From the NCBI GenBank assembly GCA_051047955.1, contig JBPGPT010000004.1, positions 124,001 through 188,000 of the forward strand: a DNA stretch of 64,000 nucleotides, in the 5' to 3' direction. Below are positions 12,315 to 24,245 of the stretch, piece after piece. The position numbers were made by a program, and so were the translations under genes. The DNA is from Cystobasidiomycetes sp. EMM_F5 (Eukaryota). Below the pieces are notes generated by a model that made no database searches, was not told the DNA's origin, and saw only the letters and a program-made list of their open reading frames with translations. Positions within the stretch are counted from its first letter, which is position 1; each line of letters starts with the position of its first letter.

Positions 12315-13998
12315 ATGGTCACTCGCCGTATTTTGTGCGCGCTGATATCAGTATGGATCGGCATCTGTCTTCTTCACTATACCTGGCCGGGACAGCAGCA
12401 AAAACTCAATGTCGCTATATTCGATTGCGCTTCATCGGGACATGAAGGCGAGCAGCAGTATGATCAGTGGAAGCAGACGAATCAGCTAACCACTGGATGA
12501 TGCAGAGGTCATGGCGCCCCTGCTATACACGCTCAGCGGCATGCCGGGCGTGACCGCTACGATATATCGAGACGGCATTCGACCTGGCTTCTTTGGCATG
12601 ATCAAACACTTTTACACCTCTCCGATGATGCCTTGGCAAGACCTGGTCAAGGCTGAAGTACTGGATGAGACCGACGTCATACTATTCCTGACCCCTGAGC
12701 GAGAAATGGAGAAGTTTCTGGCATTGACAAATGGATTGGTCGACTTCCCTCACATCAAAGTTGTCGCTGTCGCGCATCGTACGCTATGGTGGGAATTTAG
12801 ACAGGATGAGCTTACAGGCGATCTACAATCCTCGCAATGGCCGCGTCGGGCAGCGTTCCTCTCGGATCTCGTCCGGAATGGCGAGATGGACAGACTTTCA
12901 CTCATCACACTCAGCCCTCATGTCGAGACTTTCTTGCACCGTATGTTACCACGAGTTGCGGATTCGCCGTGGGATGTCCATACGTTCATTCCCGTGAGTC
13001 TAGCTGCCCCACTTTAGAGTAGCATCAGCCTCACTAAAGGATACCGTCTAGGTATTTCCCGGGGCCAACTCAAAAGAGAGGACCCATAATAAGCAGATGA
13101 AAACAGCCGTCATACAAGGCGAGTTTCGCAGTTTATTCGCATATTCTCGGCCTCTCATCCTGGTGATACAGGTAGCCTGAATCTGCAACGACGGGCATAC
13201 AATCGGGTATTTAGTACTCTGAGCAAAGAGCTGGGTCGTGAGTGCCGTCAAGTCTAACATACGCAACACTAAAAGTAGGCATGTAGACTCTCCGGGAGAA
13301 TGGGGATTCACCGAGAGTGACGAAGGCGTGTATGCAAAATCACCAAACGCAACCAACGCATTCGAGGTCAAACTACTGGGACGGCGCAAAGTCGGCAGAC
13401 CTGCGCCAGTTGTTCCGCTCGAACTTTCAGAAATTGTCACGTTGTACGAGGGCGTTGGATACGATGAGGTGAGGTCGCCTGCCTGTCAATTCGCCATAAA
13501 CAGTAGGAAGCACTGACTACTCAATGATGATTAAGTATTACGACGAGATTGCTTCGGCCGTAAGTTCATGACGATTTCGTTCACGCTTGATACGTTTACC
13601 CTAACAGACCATCTATGCTTCTCCAGGACATTCTGCTACCTACATTCGCCTGGACGCGACTATATCTGCAAATATCTGCTTCTAGCTCAATGCCAGCTGC
13701 AATTATGGCAAACACGCCAATCCTCATTAGTGACCGGGAATTGCTAGCGTACAGCTATCTGCGATATCCGGCTGTTATACAACGTCGGCGCGGAGAGGAC
13801 GAGATTGAAGCGATAGCCCGGATACGTGCTGAAGGGTCTTACAAGCAGACCACGAAAGCCGAATGGGATGCATATATCCTGGAACTGACGACCGCCAACG
13901 CCGTAGCGATGCAACGCATCCTCAATATGAAGTTTAGGGGAGATTTCTTTTCAACTCTATTAGCTGTTGTCAATCCCTTCCGCTTCGTGAACGCGTAA
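12315..13998 (+). CDS. type II membrane protein, putative GT-B glycosyltransferase-like (multi-exon)
   Basis: N-terminal hydrophobic anchor (RRILCALISVWIGICLL), GHEEVMAPLLYTL, ITLSPHV, IQG...RRAY, DILLPTF...SASSSMPAAIMANTPIL; two GC-AG introns; function inferred. Confidence 0.6.
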
Positions 13999-14136
13999 AA
14001 AGCGTGATATGGATATAGCAGGCCATCAACGTCAGTATCAGCAGATTTAGGCCGACGAAGCTGCTCGTCGCGGTAAGAATAGCTTGTAAAAGTTGCCAAC
14101 AACATATGTCATGCACACCACAACCTTCTTGAATGG

Positions 14137-14833
14137 CTAGTCGTCGTCTTCGTCATCGTCCACTACCATGGCTGATTTGCTCGTGCTACCACTCTTGCCT
14201 GAGGCCAGCGATGACAGTGCAGCTCTCTGAGAAGAGGCCGGATTTGCTGCTTTGCGACCGACGTCTGGCAGATCGTCACCCTCGTCGTCGTCGTCATCAT
14301 TGTTCACATCTCCAATATCCGCTAGGTCTTTTCTAGAACTACCAGATTTCGCGCGCGCGACTGTCGGCAAGTCGTCGTCATCATCATCGTCGTCGTCGTC
14401 TTGAGCAGCCCTCCGTGCTTGTTGGCGGGGTTGGCGGGTAGCAGGTGGGGCTTGGACGTTGACTGCATCACATGCATCAATCCACATGGAGTACAGGTCC
14501 ACAGGCTCATCCAGGGCTGATTGTTGTGGATGTCGATGTAATGATCAAATAAGATACGTTCATGTAGTGTTCCCTTGCGCTGCCAACCCACCAGTGATTG
14601 AAGCCTGAAACGATTGCAGACAGTCCTTGCAGTCCAGCCTGCCTACACGGCCAGGGCGGTCGAGCTTGCACATGACGGTCCCTACGTGCTGGCAGAAGAG
14701 GCACTTGAAGACCTTGTCGAGCGGTTTTGGCTTTACTCGGCCTGCTCCGGGTTTCTTTGCGGACTATAAACCCATTTAGATTCAATCCAGGTTTGGTTGT
14801 GACAGGTGTTGTAATCACCTTGCGTTTACCCAT
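14137..14833 (-). CDS. ELF1: transcription elongation factor Elf1 with acidic tail (3 exons)
   Basis: Spliced MGKRK|SAKKP...FKCLFCQH...CKDCLQSF...DEPVDLYSMWIDACDAVN zinc ribbon. Confidence 0.93.
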
Positions 14834-14941
14834 GATTGGCACCTAATGGTACGCGTCCAAGCGTTTAATCAGTTTTAATTGTAATGAAGCCAACTCGCAA
14901 GCCGCTCTTTACACCAAACTTCAATTCAAAACCTATGATTA

Positions 14942-16069
14942 ATGTCGAAGCGAGTGCGCGAATCCAACGACTCACAGACTGCAGGCGCTTCACAGGATAC
15001 GCAGAACGGTCGACAGCGAAAGCGAGCTCGCCGTGGTGATGTTGGGGCTCGAATAGCGTCACCGGCCGTCATCAAGACATGTGGAGCAGCTCAAGCTGAA
15101 GGAGCTGGTGCTGCAGCTGCTGATGCTTTAAAGTCCGCGTCACTGAAGCGCAAAGCAGCAAAGAGAGCAGCCAGAGAAGCCGCAGCGTTGCCAAAGCCCG
15201 TAAAGCGGCCTTTACTGCCCGGTCACGTAAAGCGTCTGGCAGTTCCAAAACCCGTATCCCTTGCACTCCGCAAATCCGGAAGCACTAAAGAAGATGTCAA
15301 TAGACGTGGGAGCAAGATATCGAAAGGCTGGGGTTCAGGCGGTTTCGATGCTATAGATACGGCTGCGAACGGCGAAGATCTGGGCATCTCAACAGCTACT
15401 ACCGACAAGGGCAAGGCGGCAGAGAGCAAGAGCAAGCCAGCACAAGGCAAGAAGAAGGCTGTAAACTCTGCTGAAGTGTGGGTGACGCGAAAGACATCCT
15501 ACTCTGCATACATGCGATCTGGCTTGGCTACTTTCATCAATAAAGGGTATGTCGGGTCTTTACTTGATACAGCCTGAAGCATAATCAATGAATGTACCCT
15601 CTATCTTCAGCCACCACACGCTCATTCTGCGCGCTATCGGGGCGGCCATTCCAGTCTGCCTGAGTCTCGGACTGGCTATTCGTGAAGCCTTACCTTGCGG
15701 ACCAGAGGGTGCTATACTCGAGGTCCGGACAGGCAGTATCGCAATAAACGACGAAGTCGTTCCCAATGACGATTCTGAAGGAGAGGTGAGCGTGTATGAT
15801 GCTATCTTCGTGCCTCACATCCGCTGAGCATTCTGTTTATGCTGCAGGACATGGATATTCAGTATCAAGTCCGAACAAAGAGCACAGTGGAATGCGTTTT
15901 GACTTTGAAGAAGGATGTGCGGCAACGGTTTCTCATAAAAGCCAGAGGCGTCAGTGTGAACAAGACTTTGGGCGCCAAAGAGATGGGAGTACGGCCAGGG
16001 AGGGGAGGAAGGGGCAAACCAATTCGGGGAGGACGAGGGCGTGGCAGTCATGGCCATGGTGCACGATAG
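14942..16069 (+). CDS. POP7: RNase P/MRP subunit Rpp20/Pop7-like (Alba fold) with long basic N-terminal extension
   Basis: VWVTRKTSYSAY..., LILRAIGAAIP, VRTGSIAINDEVVP, VRTKSTVECVL; introns join ORFs 14942, 15588, 15839; RGG-rich tail. Confidence 0.7.
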
Positions 16070-16396
16070 TAGTCAATTCAGCGAGCGAGGATCGTTACAA
16101 TCGCATCATATTTCATATCTGAGATTTGGCACAATCTTGACGCAGTCATCAACGCGGGCTTCAGTGCTTGCCATTGCATGCATTCAAAGATGTATCATAG
16201 TTGCTTGTAGCGTTTTGTCACTTCCCATGACTTCTCACAATAGGACACTGTCCCTTCTAATCATACACAGATGGTCCAGACAAGCGATGCTGTAGTGAAA
16301 ATCTAAATAGACGAAGCATGGGTACTGCTGATGCTACAGTGTATTTTTGATTGATGAGAACGCGCTGTCGGAAGGCTTCGCGCAACCGAAGTGCGT

Positions 16397-18038
16397 TCAG
16401 TGCACGCCATTCGTTGATCCGTTTACTATTCTCGGCTTCTTGGCAGGTGAAGAGTCTGGGCTTTCTGAATCTGCGTGTCTCGCAAGGAGCTTATCGAGCA
16501 CCTTGTGTTGTCCAACTTCTAGCTCTCCCGCGTGGATACCGGTATGGTAGATACGGAGGACGGCATCTACATCTTCCATTGATTGCGTCTTTACGTCTGC
16601 GAGCGTCTTGATCTTTGCCGTCACGTCCTTTACTTGCTCGTCCGTGAGTACCAGCTGTAGCTGTTCTACACGAGACTTTACCGCGTGCCATCCGGTAATC
16701 CTCGATCCAATGTGAATGTACCGAGACATTCCGAAATCTTCGGGCTTGATGGCCTCGTAGGTGGATGGGTTGGCAAGGATGGCCTTTGCGTGAATACCAG
16801 CCTTGTGTGTAAATGCGCAGAAACCGGTAATGTAATTGTTGAAGGGTACAGAGATTTGTACGGCGTCCGCAACAATATTCTCTACCTCTCGCAGTGCCTT
16901 GAGGTCGTACTTTGACTTTACGTATTCAGGGTCGGTAATGTACATGCGCGCAATGAGACCGCCAAGAGGTGTGATACCGTTTCGTTCGCCAATGCCGAGT
17001 ACAGATGTATCGATGTGCGTTGCACCTGCCTCCAACGCGCAGTACGCATTGGCAATGGAGCATCCAGAGTCTTCGTGGAAGTGGCATTCGATATCGCATG
17101 AGACTACACCGCGTAGAGTTCGCACGAGGTCGTACACTTGACGTGGATTTGCGCAGCCAACAGTATCGGCGATTCCGACACGATTCACTCCAATCTTGTC
17201 GACGGCTTGGTAGATGGACAGCAGGTCTACCAGATCAGACCGGAAGGAGTCTTCCGACGAGAATCGGATTTCGATATTCTTGGACTTTACGAATTCGATG
17301 ACTTCAATGGCGGTCTGTAGACACAAGCAGAGAGGGTTAGAGTGGATGGCGTGTAGATGGTTTGGGGGGAGTGCGTCACACCTTGAGAATGTACGTCATA
17401 TCCTTTCCGTGCGAGTGCTCGCGAAGGAAGGACGATGTCCCAATTACGACGTCCACACCGTCCACACCCGTCTCTACGGCAATGCGAGCATCGTCCATGT
17501 GGCATCTGATGTGAGTCAGGATCTTGGACTTGAGACCGAGCTTGCAGATGGCTTCACAGTCTGCTCTCGACTGCTCGGATGCGGCGGGCGAGGTGAGTTC
17601 AATGTACTCTACGCCAAAGTCGGAGAGGGCCTTTGCGATTCTGATCTTTGTTTCCGTGTCAAAAAAGGCGTTGGCGAACTGTGGACAGAGACTGCATCAG
17701 ACGTGGTACAAGGGCATGGATGGATGTGCACTGCCCACCTGCTCTCCCTCTCTCAGGGTAGATTCGATAATCTTGAAATTGCTAGTGTTGCTCAGAAAAG
17801 AGTCGTACCGGGGAGCGACCACCTTTCTGCCTTGACCTTGGACGGATCGTTCTGATATATGAACAAGTGTCAGTAGTGATTCCGCCGACGAGTCTGCTCG
17901 TGTCCATATCCACTCACGGGCATTGGCGGCGGGCTTTGACGCCTGCTCGTCAATCTTTACGTGCGTGCTACTGACATCCTGGCCGTTCTGGACGCCATTT
18001 GCGTGGATGGGTGCTACTACTTCTGGTGTCGGGCACAT
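16397..18038 (-). CDS. LYS20: homocitrate synthase (alpha-aminoadipate lysine pathway; multi-exon)
   Basis: [69 protein letters not shown]. Confidence 0.96.
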
Positions 18039-18147
18039 GTTTGGTAGTGAGTGTCTCTTGAAAGATATGACGCGCGAGAGAGTGCGAGATGGGAGGGCTG
18101 AGATTGGGCAGGATGGATGGGTGAGTGTTGGAGGATCAGAGTGACAG

Positions 18148-18153
18148 TGACTC
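18148..18153. promoter_or_regulatory. possible Gcn4/CpcA-type element TGACTC upstream of homocitrate synthase
   Basis: TGACTC ~110 bp upstream of the ATG of an amino-acid biosynthesis gene; a 6-mer also occurs by chance. Confidence 0.25.
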
Positions 18154-18806
18154 TGACAGATGTGTTTGAGGATTGCAAGTTGTCAGGAGTTATACTCGCC
18201 CACTCTGCCCAGTCACACTCATCGCGTCTGCTGTCTTTTTTTCGCCTGTTGTAGAACTGTACAGCTGGTCTAGTCTCACCAGGACGAGTGGGCGGATGTT
18301 CCGCTCTCTTCCTCCGACGAGCCGCAAGTCTCAACGGATGATCCGTCACTCCTCCGTCTTGTCTCATTTTTCACCCTGCTAATCACTGATGGACTGATCT
18401 CTCAGCTCAACTGATAAGATAAGGACACGCTGGTTGGCAATGGCAGCTCCAACACGCAGTAGCAGCAACAGAGGCAGGAGGCAGACGGTGTCGAAGGGAA
18501 GGAGAGCGCGAGACCGCAAGGAGATAGCAGTGCTCAACCGCAGCGATGTGCACGGGCTGCAGAGTGCACCCAAAGCAGCAAAGGTGAGCTGATATCGCCG
18601 TCTTGGTTGCCCTGGTCTATTCCTTATGTGCATGTCGCGTCACTATAGAAATCAGCGCCGGTCAAGCAAATTTCCAGAGCAGCGACAGACGACCTGACAC
18701 AGACGCTACAAAAGACGCTGTGAATACCATGTAACGCTCGCATGGCACATACATCAAGATACAACATCAAGAACAGTACCCAGCTCCATGCTACATTGCA
18801 ACACGC

Positions 18807-19992
18807 TCATCCATACAGCGTCGAAAATGGCATCGACGTTGTAGGCTGCAGCCAGTTCTTGTCGTCATACACTGCATCTCCCTCCTACGGACGATGCACA
18901 CCTCAGTCTCTGTTTACGGACCGCCCCAAAGCGCCCTCTGGTCAACTCACAATCATATGAAACGTATAGATGAAGCGACTCTTGTTGCTCGTATTTCGTT
19001 CGGAGCGATGGATGACAGCACCGTCAATGAGGACCAACGTCCCGGCATCGCACTCCTCCACTTTCCACTGATCGGCATATCGTGGACCATCCCACCGCCT
19101 CGTCTCGCTGTCAATCTCATCCTGCGAAATCATCGGTTCAAATGTGGTAGACCCGTCTTTGCGCACGAACCGCTTGGCGATGGGCCGATTGAGCTTGTGC
19201 GATCCAGGAAGAAACGACAGGCAACCATTGCTCTTTCGACAGTCCTCTAAGGCAAACCAGAATCCGAGTGCACTCGGAGGGTCCGTGTAGAGAAAGGTGG
19301 AATCGTCGTGGCTGGGGACTTTACCTCCTGCATATGGCATCAAGCATGAGCTTACGCGCGCTATTGACATCGCTGAGCTCACCTATTTGCGGCTGCTTGC
19401 AGATCACCATACTCTGCAATACTTTTGGATTGTTGTGGTAGTGCAGTTCTCTGGCGAGCGTCTTCAACCGTTGATTATCCAACGAAAATGCTCTAAACTC
19501 TTCATCGAGCTCATGAAGTGCATGCCCGACTTTGTTTATTGACTGCTCTTTCGGCCGTGTGAGGTTGCCATGCTCATCGAATGCATCCTGCTCAAAGAAG
19601 AAACGAATCTTGTCGCCCGATGTGAGAAAGTAGTCGTCCCCTATGTGATCCTTCTCGCCAGTTGCGAAACGCGTGAGTGGGTGTGATGATAGATCAAAGC
19701 CGGATATCAGGGACTGTGAACGTGATAAGAGGGATTTGGCTGTGGAAGAGGAGAAGAAGTTTGGAATAATGAGATAGCTGTTGAATGAAGGTGAACGAAG
19801 GGGAGTTGTGATTTGTGTGTCAATATCATCAGTACCCCTAACATGTCGCGAAAGAGCCTCGACTGACCCTTGGTCGTAGAACTGCTCTACTTGCTCTGGC
19901 GTAATGACACGCCCGACATCGCTATCGCCTGTGTCGTGCTTGCCATTCAGTACAGTACTGCTGCCATCCGGTGCACCGTTCGACAGCGTCAT
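18807..19992 (-). CDS. PhyH-family Fe(II)/2-oxoglutarate dioxygenase (PHYHD1-like; multi-exon)
   Basis: YFLTSGDKIRFFFE, INKVGHALH, QSMVICKQP, HDD (HxD), NGCLSFLPGSH, VIHRS...SRFIYTFH, last exon YDDKNWLQP...YG*. Confidence 0.92.
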
Positions 19993-20094
19993 CGTTGATT
20001 AGTTGATCAGATCACAAGCAAGTCACGAACGCGCGCTTGATGCTGCTTTCTTGGTGAGTACAACGCGCATCTTTATTGACAAGCCTGCCCAATT

Positions 20095-21986
20095 ATGCCC
20101 GACACTTCACTGCTGCCGGTATGCAATGAGCCCATCACTTGCTATGGCGCAGCTGATGCGCATTGTGCATTTACAACGCAATAAACACACACCGAACCCG
20201 ATGGCACAATCCACTGATGCGTGTACATACCAAATAGGCGTACACTGCCATTGGAATATCCGCACTGTTGCCAATCTACTATGGATCAAAAGCGTACGTA
20301 TTTGTTCCTTGATTTCATGGAAATAACAAGACTGATAATGCTTTAAACCATGGCTACATAGATCGCTCCAGGTATTAGCTGATCAGACTTGCACGAAACG
20401 AAATATTCGTAGACCGGCTTACCAATCAAAACGCTAGATGCCAAAACGCGCAAAGAAGGCAGTGAAAGCGTTGCAGCCTGACAAGGATATCGACGAGTAC
20501 GACAACGTGGACGAGATTGAACGTGTCACTTCAAGAGAGGCATATCTCTTTCCGATACTAGGAAGCTGTACTTTACTAGGTAGGTGAAATATAGCAGATA
20601 CTGGCTTTCGGTATTTACGGATTTTATGGACGCGTAAAATGCGTGTCTAAAATGTTATTAGGCCTCTTTCTGGCGTTTAAATATCTCGATAAGGTGATTG
20701 AAGAAGATATATACTGATATTCTCCGCTAAATTCGCTTGCACCGATATTTTATTTCTCAACAGAATCTGATAAATAAGATTCTTTCTGCATATTTTGCTC
20801 TGATTGGCACGTTTGGCTTGTCACAAGTACATACAACTATATCTCAGCCAGTAACGGTTGCAGAGCATACTAATTTTGTCGGTTGACGTTCGGAACAACC
20901 CCAGATGATCTCATGGATATCCCGACAAATATTCAGCAGGGAGCGATTCTCCTCCGCTGACGAATGGAAGCTTGAACTCACAAAAGGCACAGTCAAGTAC
21001 TTGACCTGCACTTTTTCAAACCTCGACCTTGCCGTTCTCCCTTTTTCAATGGCTTTGACGGGCTTTCAGACATATACCAACAACTGGATCGCATCAAACG
21101 TTCTCGGCCTCGCTCTTGCCTTCAATGGTATTTCCTTCCTCAAACTAGACTCATTTGCAACCGGTGCTATCGTTCTAGCTGGTCTCTTCTTTTACGACAT
21201 CTATTGGGTCTTTTACAGCAGCAAGACTTTTGGCCAATCCGTCATGGCAAGTCGACCCTTTACATATGAATGACAATATTGAAGCTGATGGGTAAGCTGC
21301 TACTAGGTTGCTGTAGCTACAAATTTCGAAGCACCGATAAAGATTGTCTTTCCAAAAGATTTCCTCAAACCCGCTTCCTCTGGCTTTACTATGCTGGGAC
21401 TGGGCGATATCGTCATCCCCGGCATCTTCATTGCGCTCGCACTCAGATTTGACTATAATCGCGCGGTTGATGGGGCGCTTGCAAAGCTCACCACAGGATC
21501 GAGTATCCCAACGCCGAGAGACCGTTTCCCAAAACCGTACTTCCGCGCGGTCCTCGTCAGCTATATTTTGGGTCTGACAACGTGCGTGCCGTTTGTATTT
21601 CAAAGATCATTGATTCTGCTGATATATCTAGACATGCGATGTTCAGGACAATCTACGTCATGCATACGTTCAAAGCAGCACAGCCGGCACTCTTGTATCT
21701 CTCGCCAGCCTGTCTCCTATCAGTGCTTACCGTTGCCCTCTTTCGAGGAGAAGTACGCGCATGTTGGAATTACGTCGATGGCGAAGACGAGCATGACGAG
21801 GTGAAGAAGTCGGAAAATGGAGAGATCGGATCAGACGACGAGAAGAACGGCCCGGACGCTGTGAAAGGAGAACCTGGCAACGAAGGCAACGCGCTCGGCG
21901 AATCTGAAAGTGCTGTGACGGCGGGATCGGAAGAAGCGCGAACAACAAGCAGGAGGCGAAATCCCCATACAGCGGATGCTCCGTAG
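20095..21986 (+). CDS. signal peptide peptidase (GxGD aspartyl intramembrane protease, A22B), copy 1, canonical
   Basis: MPDTSLLP|AYTAIGISALLPIYYGSKA|SLQ; FFYDIYWVF (YD 21193-21198), MLGLGDIVIPG (21397-21408), AQPALLYLSP. Confidence 0.93.
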
Positions 21987-22249
21987 CGGTCACATGCACA
22001 AAGCTCTGTCTCTCCGTGACTGATTGTCACTACAGACGTGAATGTCATACTGATTTACATAACGGTATCCGTTGTACTGATCATTCGATTATGGCAAAGC
22101 GTGCACTACGGCATGTTTGACAGTCAAGATTCAGCTGATCACTGAGGACAATTGCTGGAATGCCCTCACTTCACTCGCCCTGTGACCCCTTCCCGCTCTC
22201 GCTCATCTTGCCCAGCAGACATTCCAAGACCCCCGTCTTCTCGTGCACT

Positions 22250-23838
22250 ATGTACGGTACGATTCTGGTACGTTTTAGCATCGACAACGTATAGAAGGTT
22301 GCTAAAGCCGATGTCAATGCTCATCCAGTCTCTTGCTGCAATGGCTGCTACAGCTGTTTTACCTATATACTACGGTTCTCATGCGTGAATGCTAAAATTC
22401 AGATGGCCGCTCTGCTCGCTTGCGCTGACTTTGCAGAATCCCGTAACTTATTCCAATAAGTTCCCTGGAAGTATGTTCCCTTTGAGCCGTTGAGACAAAG
22501 CAGCGGCTAAGGGTTTGCCTTTTTCTGCTGTCAAGGTGCCGCAAAGCATATGCGAGATGCTACCCGCACCCCATTCTACTCCAACGGCCGTTCCACAGAC
22601 GAAACGCCGAACGCCACGCATCACCTCAACGCAAGCAATGCTGTTTCCGGTGTTTCTGAGTTGCAGCTTGCTAGGTTGGTGCTCCGTTGCGGAGCTTTTG
22701 AATCGCTGCTGAAAGAATCTTGCAGTTGTGTACTACATCTCTGGCCGTCAGGACGCCGACAATGAGGACGGCAGGACGCAGGAGGTACCGCTACATTAAT
22801 GCTTGCAGGTCTTTGAGTATGTATCGGTTGATGGTCTGTAATCCGGCATCAGCAGACTTGGACAGTGTTCATATTGGCGATCGTCTTAAAGATCTATTAC
22901 GCGACACTTGGATTCTTTGCTTTGGCAAATGTACAAACTGTACTCACGGTCCAATTTTATCAGACTGAGTATCCTCTTATTTTTAGGCTGTGGCATACAT
23001 CAAATGGAAGTCAACAAAACAAAACCCGACCTATGCAACTGGTCCAGACAACCCTTTCTCGTGCATTCCTTGTGCGCTCGTTCTCGTTCTACTCTACCTT
23101 TTTACGCAAAATTGGGCCATAGGCAATGTGATGGCCATTTCGGTGTGCTTCTTTCTGCTGTCTACCGCTAGATTGGACTGTTTGGCTACCGGAATCAAGC
23201 TTCTGATCGGGGTTGCGATATACGATCTTTACTGGGTCTTTTGGAGCAGTGCGTTCTTTGGCGACAACGTCATGGTGGGTTGACATTCAGTGAACTGGAC
23301 TTATTTGAATCTGATCGGCCTTCCTGGCCATCCTGTATCTTTAGGATTCAACAATGACCCTGACATCTGTCCAGCTCAATTTAGTCTACCCGCGCGATCT
23401 ATTTCACCCGCTTCAACCCGATACAATTCTGTTGGGCCTTGGCGACATCGCTCTTCCTGGCATGTTCCTCTCCTTCTTACTTCGTTATGATTACTACCAG
23501 GCGTGTCAACGGGCAATAGCAAACTTCGAGACCAAGATCCCGAATCCTAGAGATAGCTTCTTAAAGCTATACTTTCACGCTGGAATCCTTGCATACCTCT
23601 TGGGCTTAGCAGTGTGAGAGAACGCCTGGCAGAACGGATGTACGCTCCAATCTGACCATGTCCATGGCATTGCCCTTAAATTTTCAGCGCCAGTCTCGTA
23701 GTGTATGCTTCTGGTGAAGGCCAGCCAGCGCTGGTGTATTTGGGCCCAGCCTGCGCATTGTCTGCGCTAATCACTGCATTAGCGCGAGGCGAGCTACGTG
23801 CGTTATGGACCTATATAGACGGAGCGGAGGAGTTTTGA
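22250..23838 (+). CDS. signal peptide peptidase paralog, copy 2, diverged but catalytic motifs intact
   Basis: MYGTIL|SLAAMAATAVLPIYYGSHA|SLE; AIYDLYWVF (YD 23221-23226), LLGLGDIALPG (23435-23446), GQPALVYLGP...GELRALWTYIDGAEEF*. Confidence 0.85.
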
Positions 23839-24245
23839 CAATAATACAACAAGCGCGTGATGCCTTCACCAGCCAGATGGTGCAGAATTCTGCCATAGCG
23901 GCAAGGTTGCTTGGTGCTCCACTCGCTGACTGGCTGCGACATGTCGTAAAGATGCTACTTACAGTGTCATGCGAAGCGAGACACGCGTTTTCGATCAACG
24001 GCTCGACAGCAGTGGGCATGTCAGACTGTAAATCACATGTAGGATACTGTCATGCCGTCCATCGCCACTAATTACTGCTGTACAGCCAGCGCTGACTGAG
24101 CAGGGCTACGCATCCGTACAGTCCTACTTCCTCTCTTCTATCTTTCTTCGACTCGTCTCCGGCATCTTCACCTTGGCCTTCCAAACAGCCGGGCTCATTT
24201 GCATGCACATCAGTTTACACAGTCAGCAAGACACACTTCGTCAAG

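Noticed and set aside
14137..14410. (GAC/GAT)n tracts here and in BMS1 as microsatellites
   Set aside because: They encode poly-Asp stretches inside coding exons
18017..18367. Upstream ORF overlapping the homocitrate synthase start as a lysine-sensing uORF
   Set aside because: Its ATG is ~330 bp upstream, probably before the transcription start; no supporting feature
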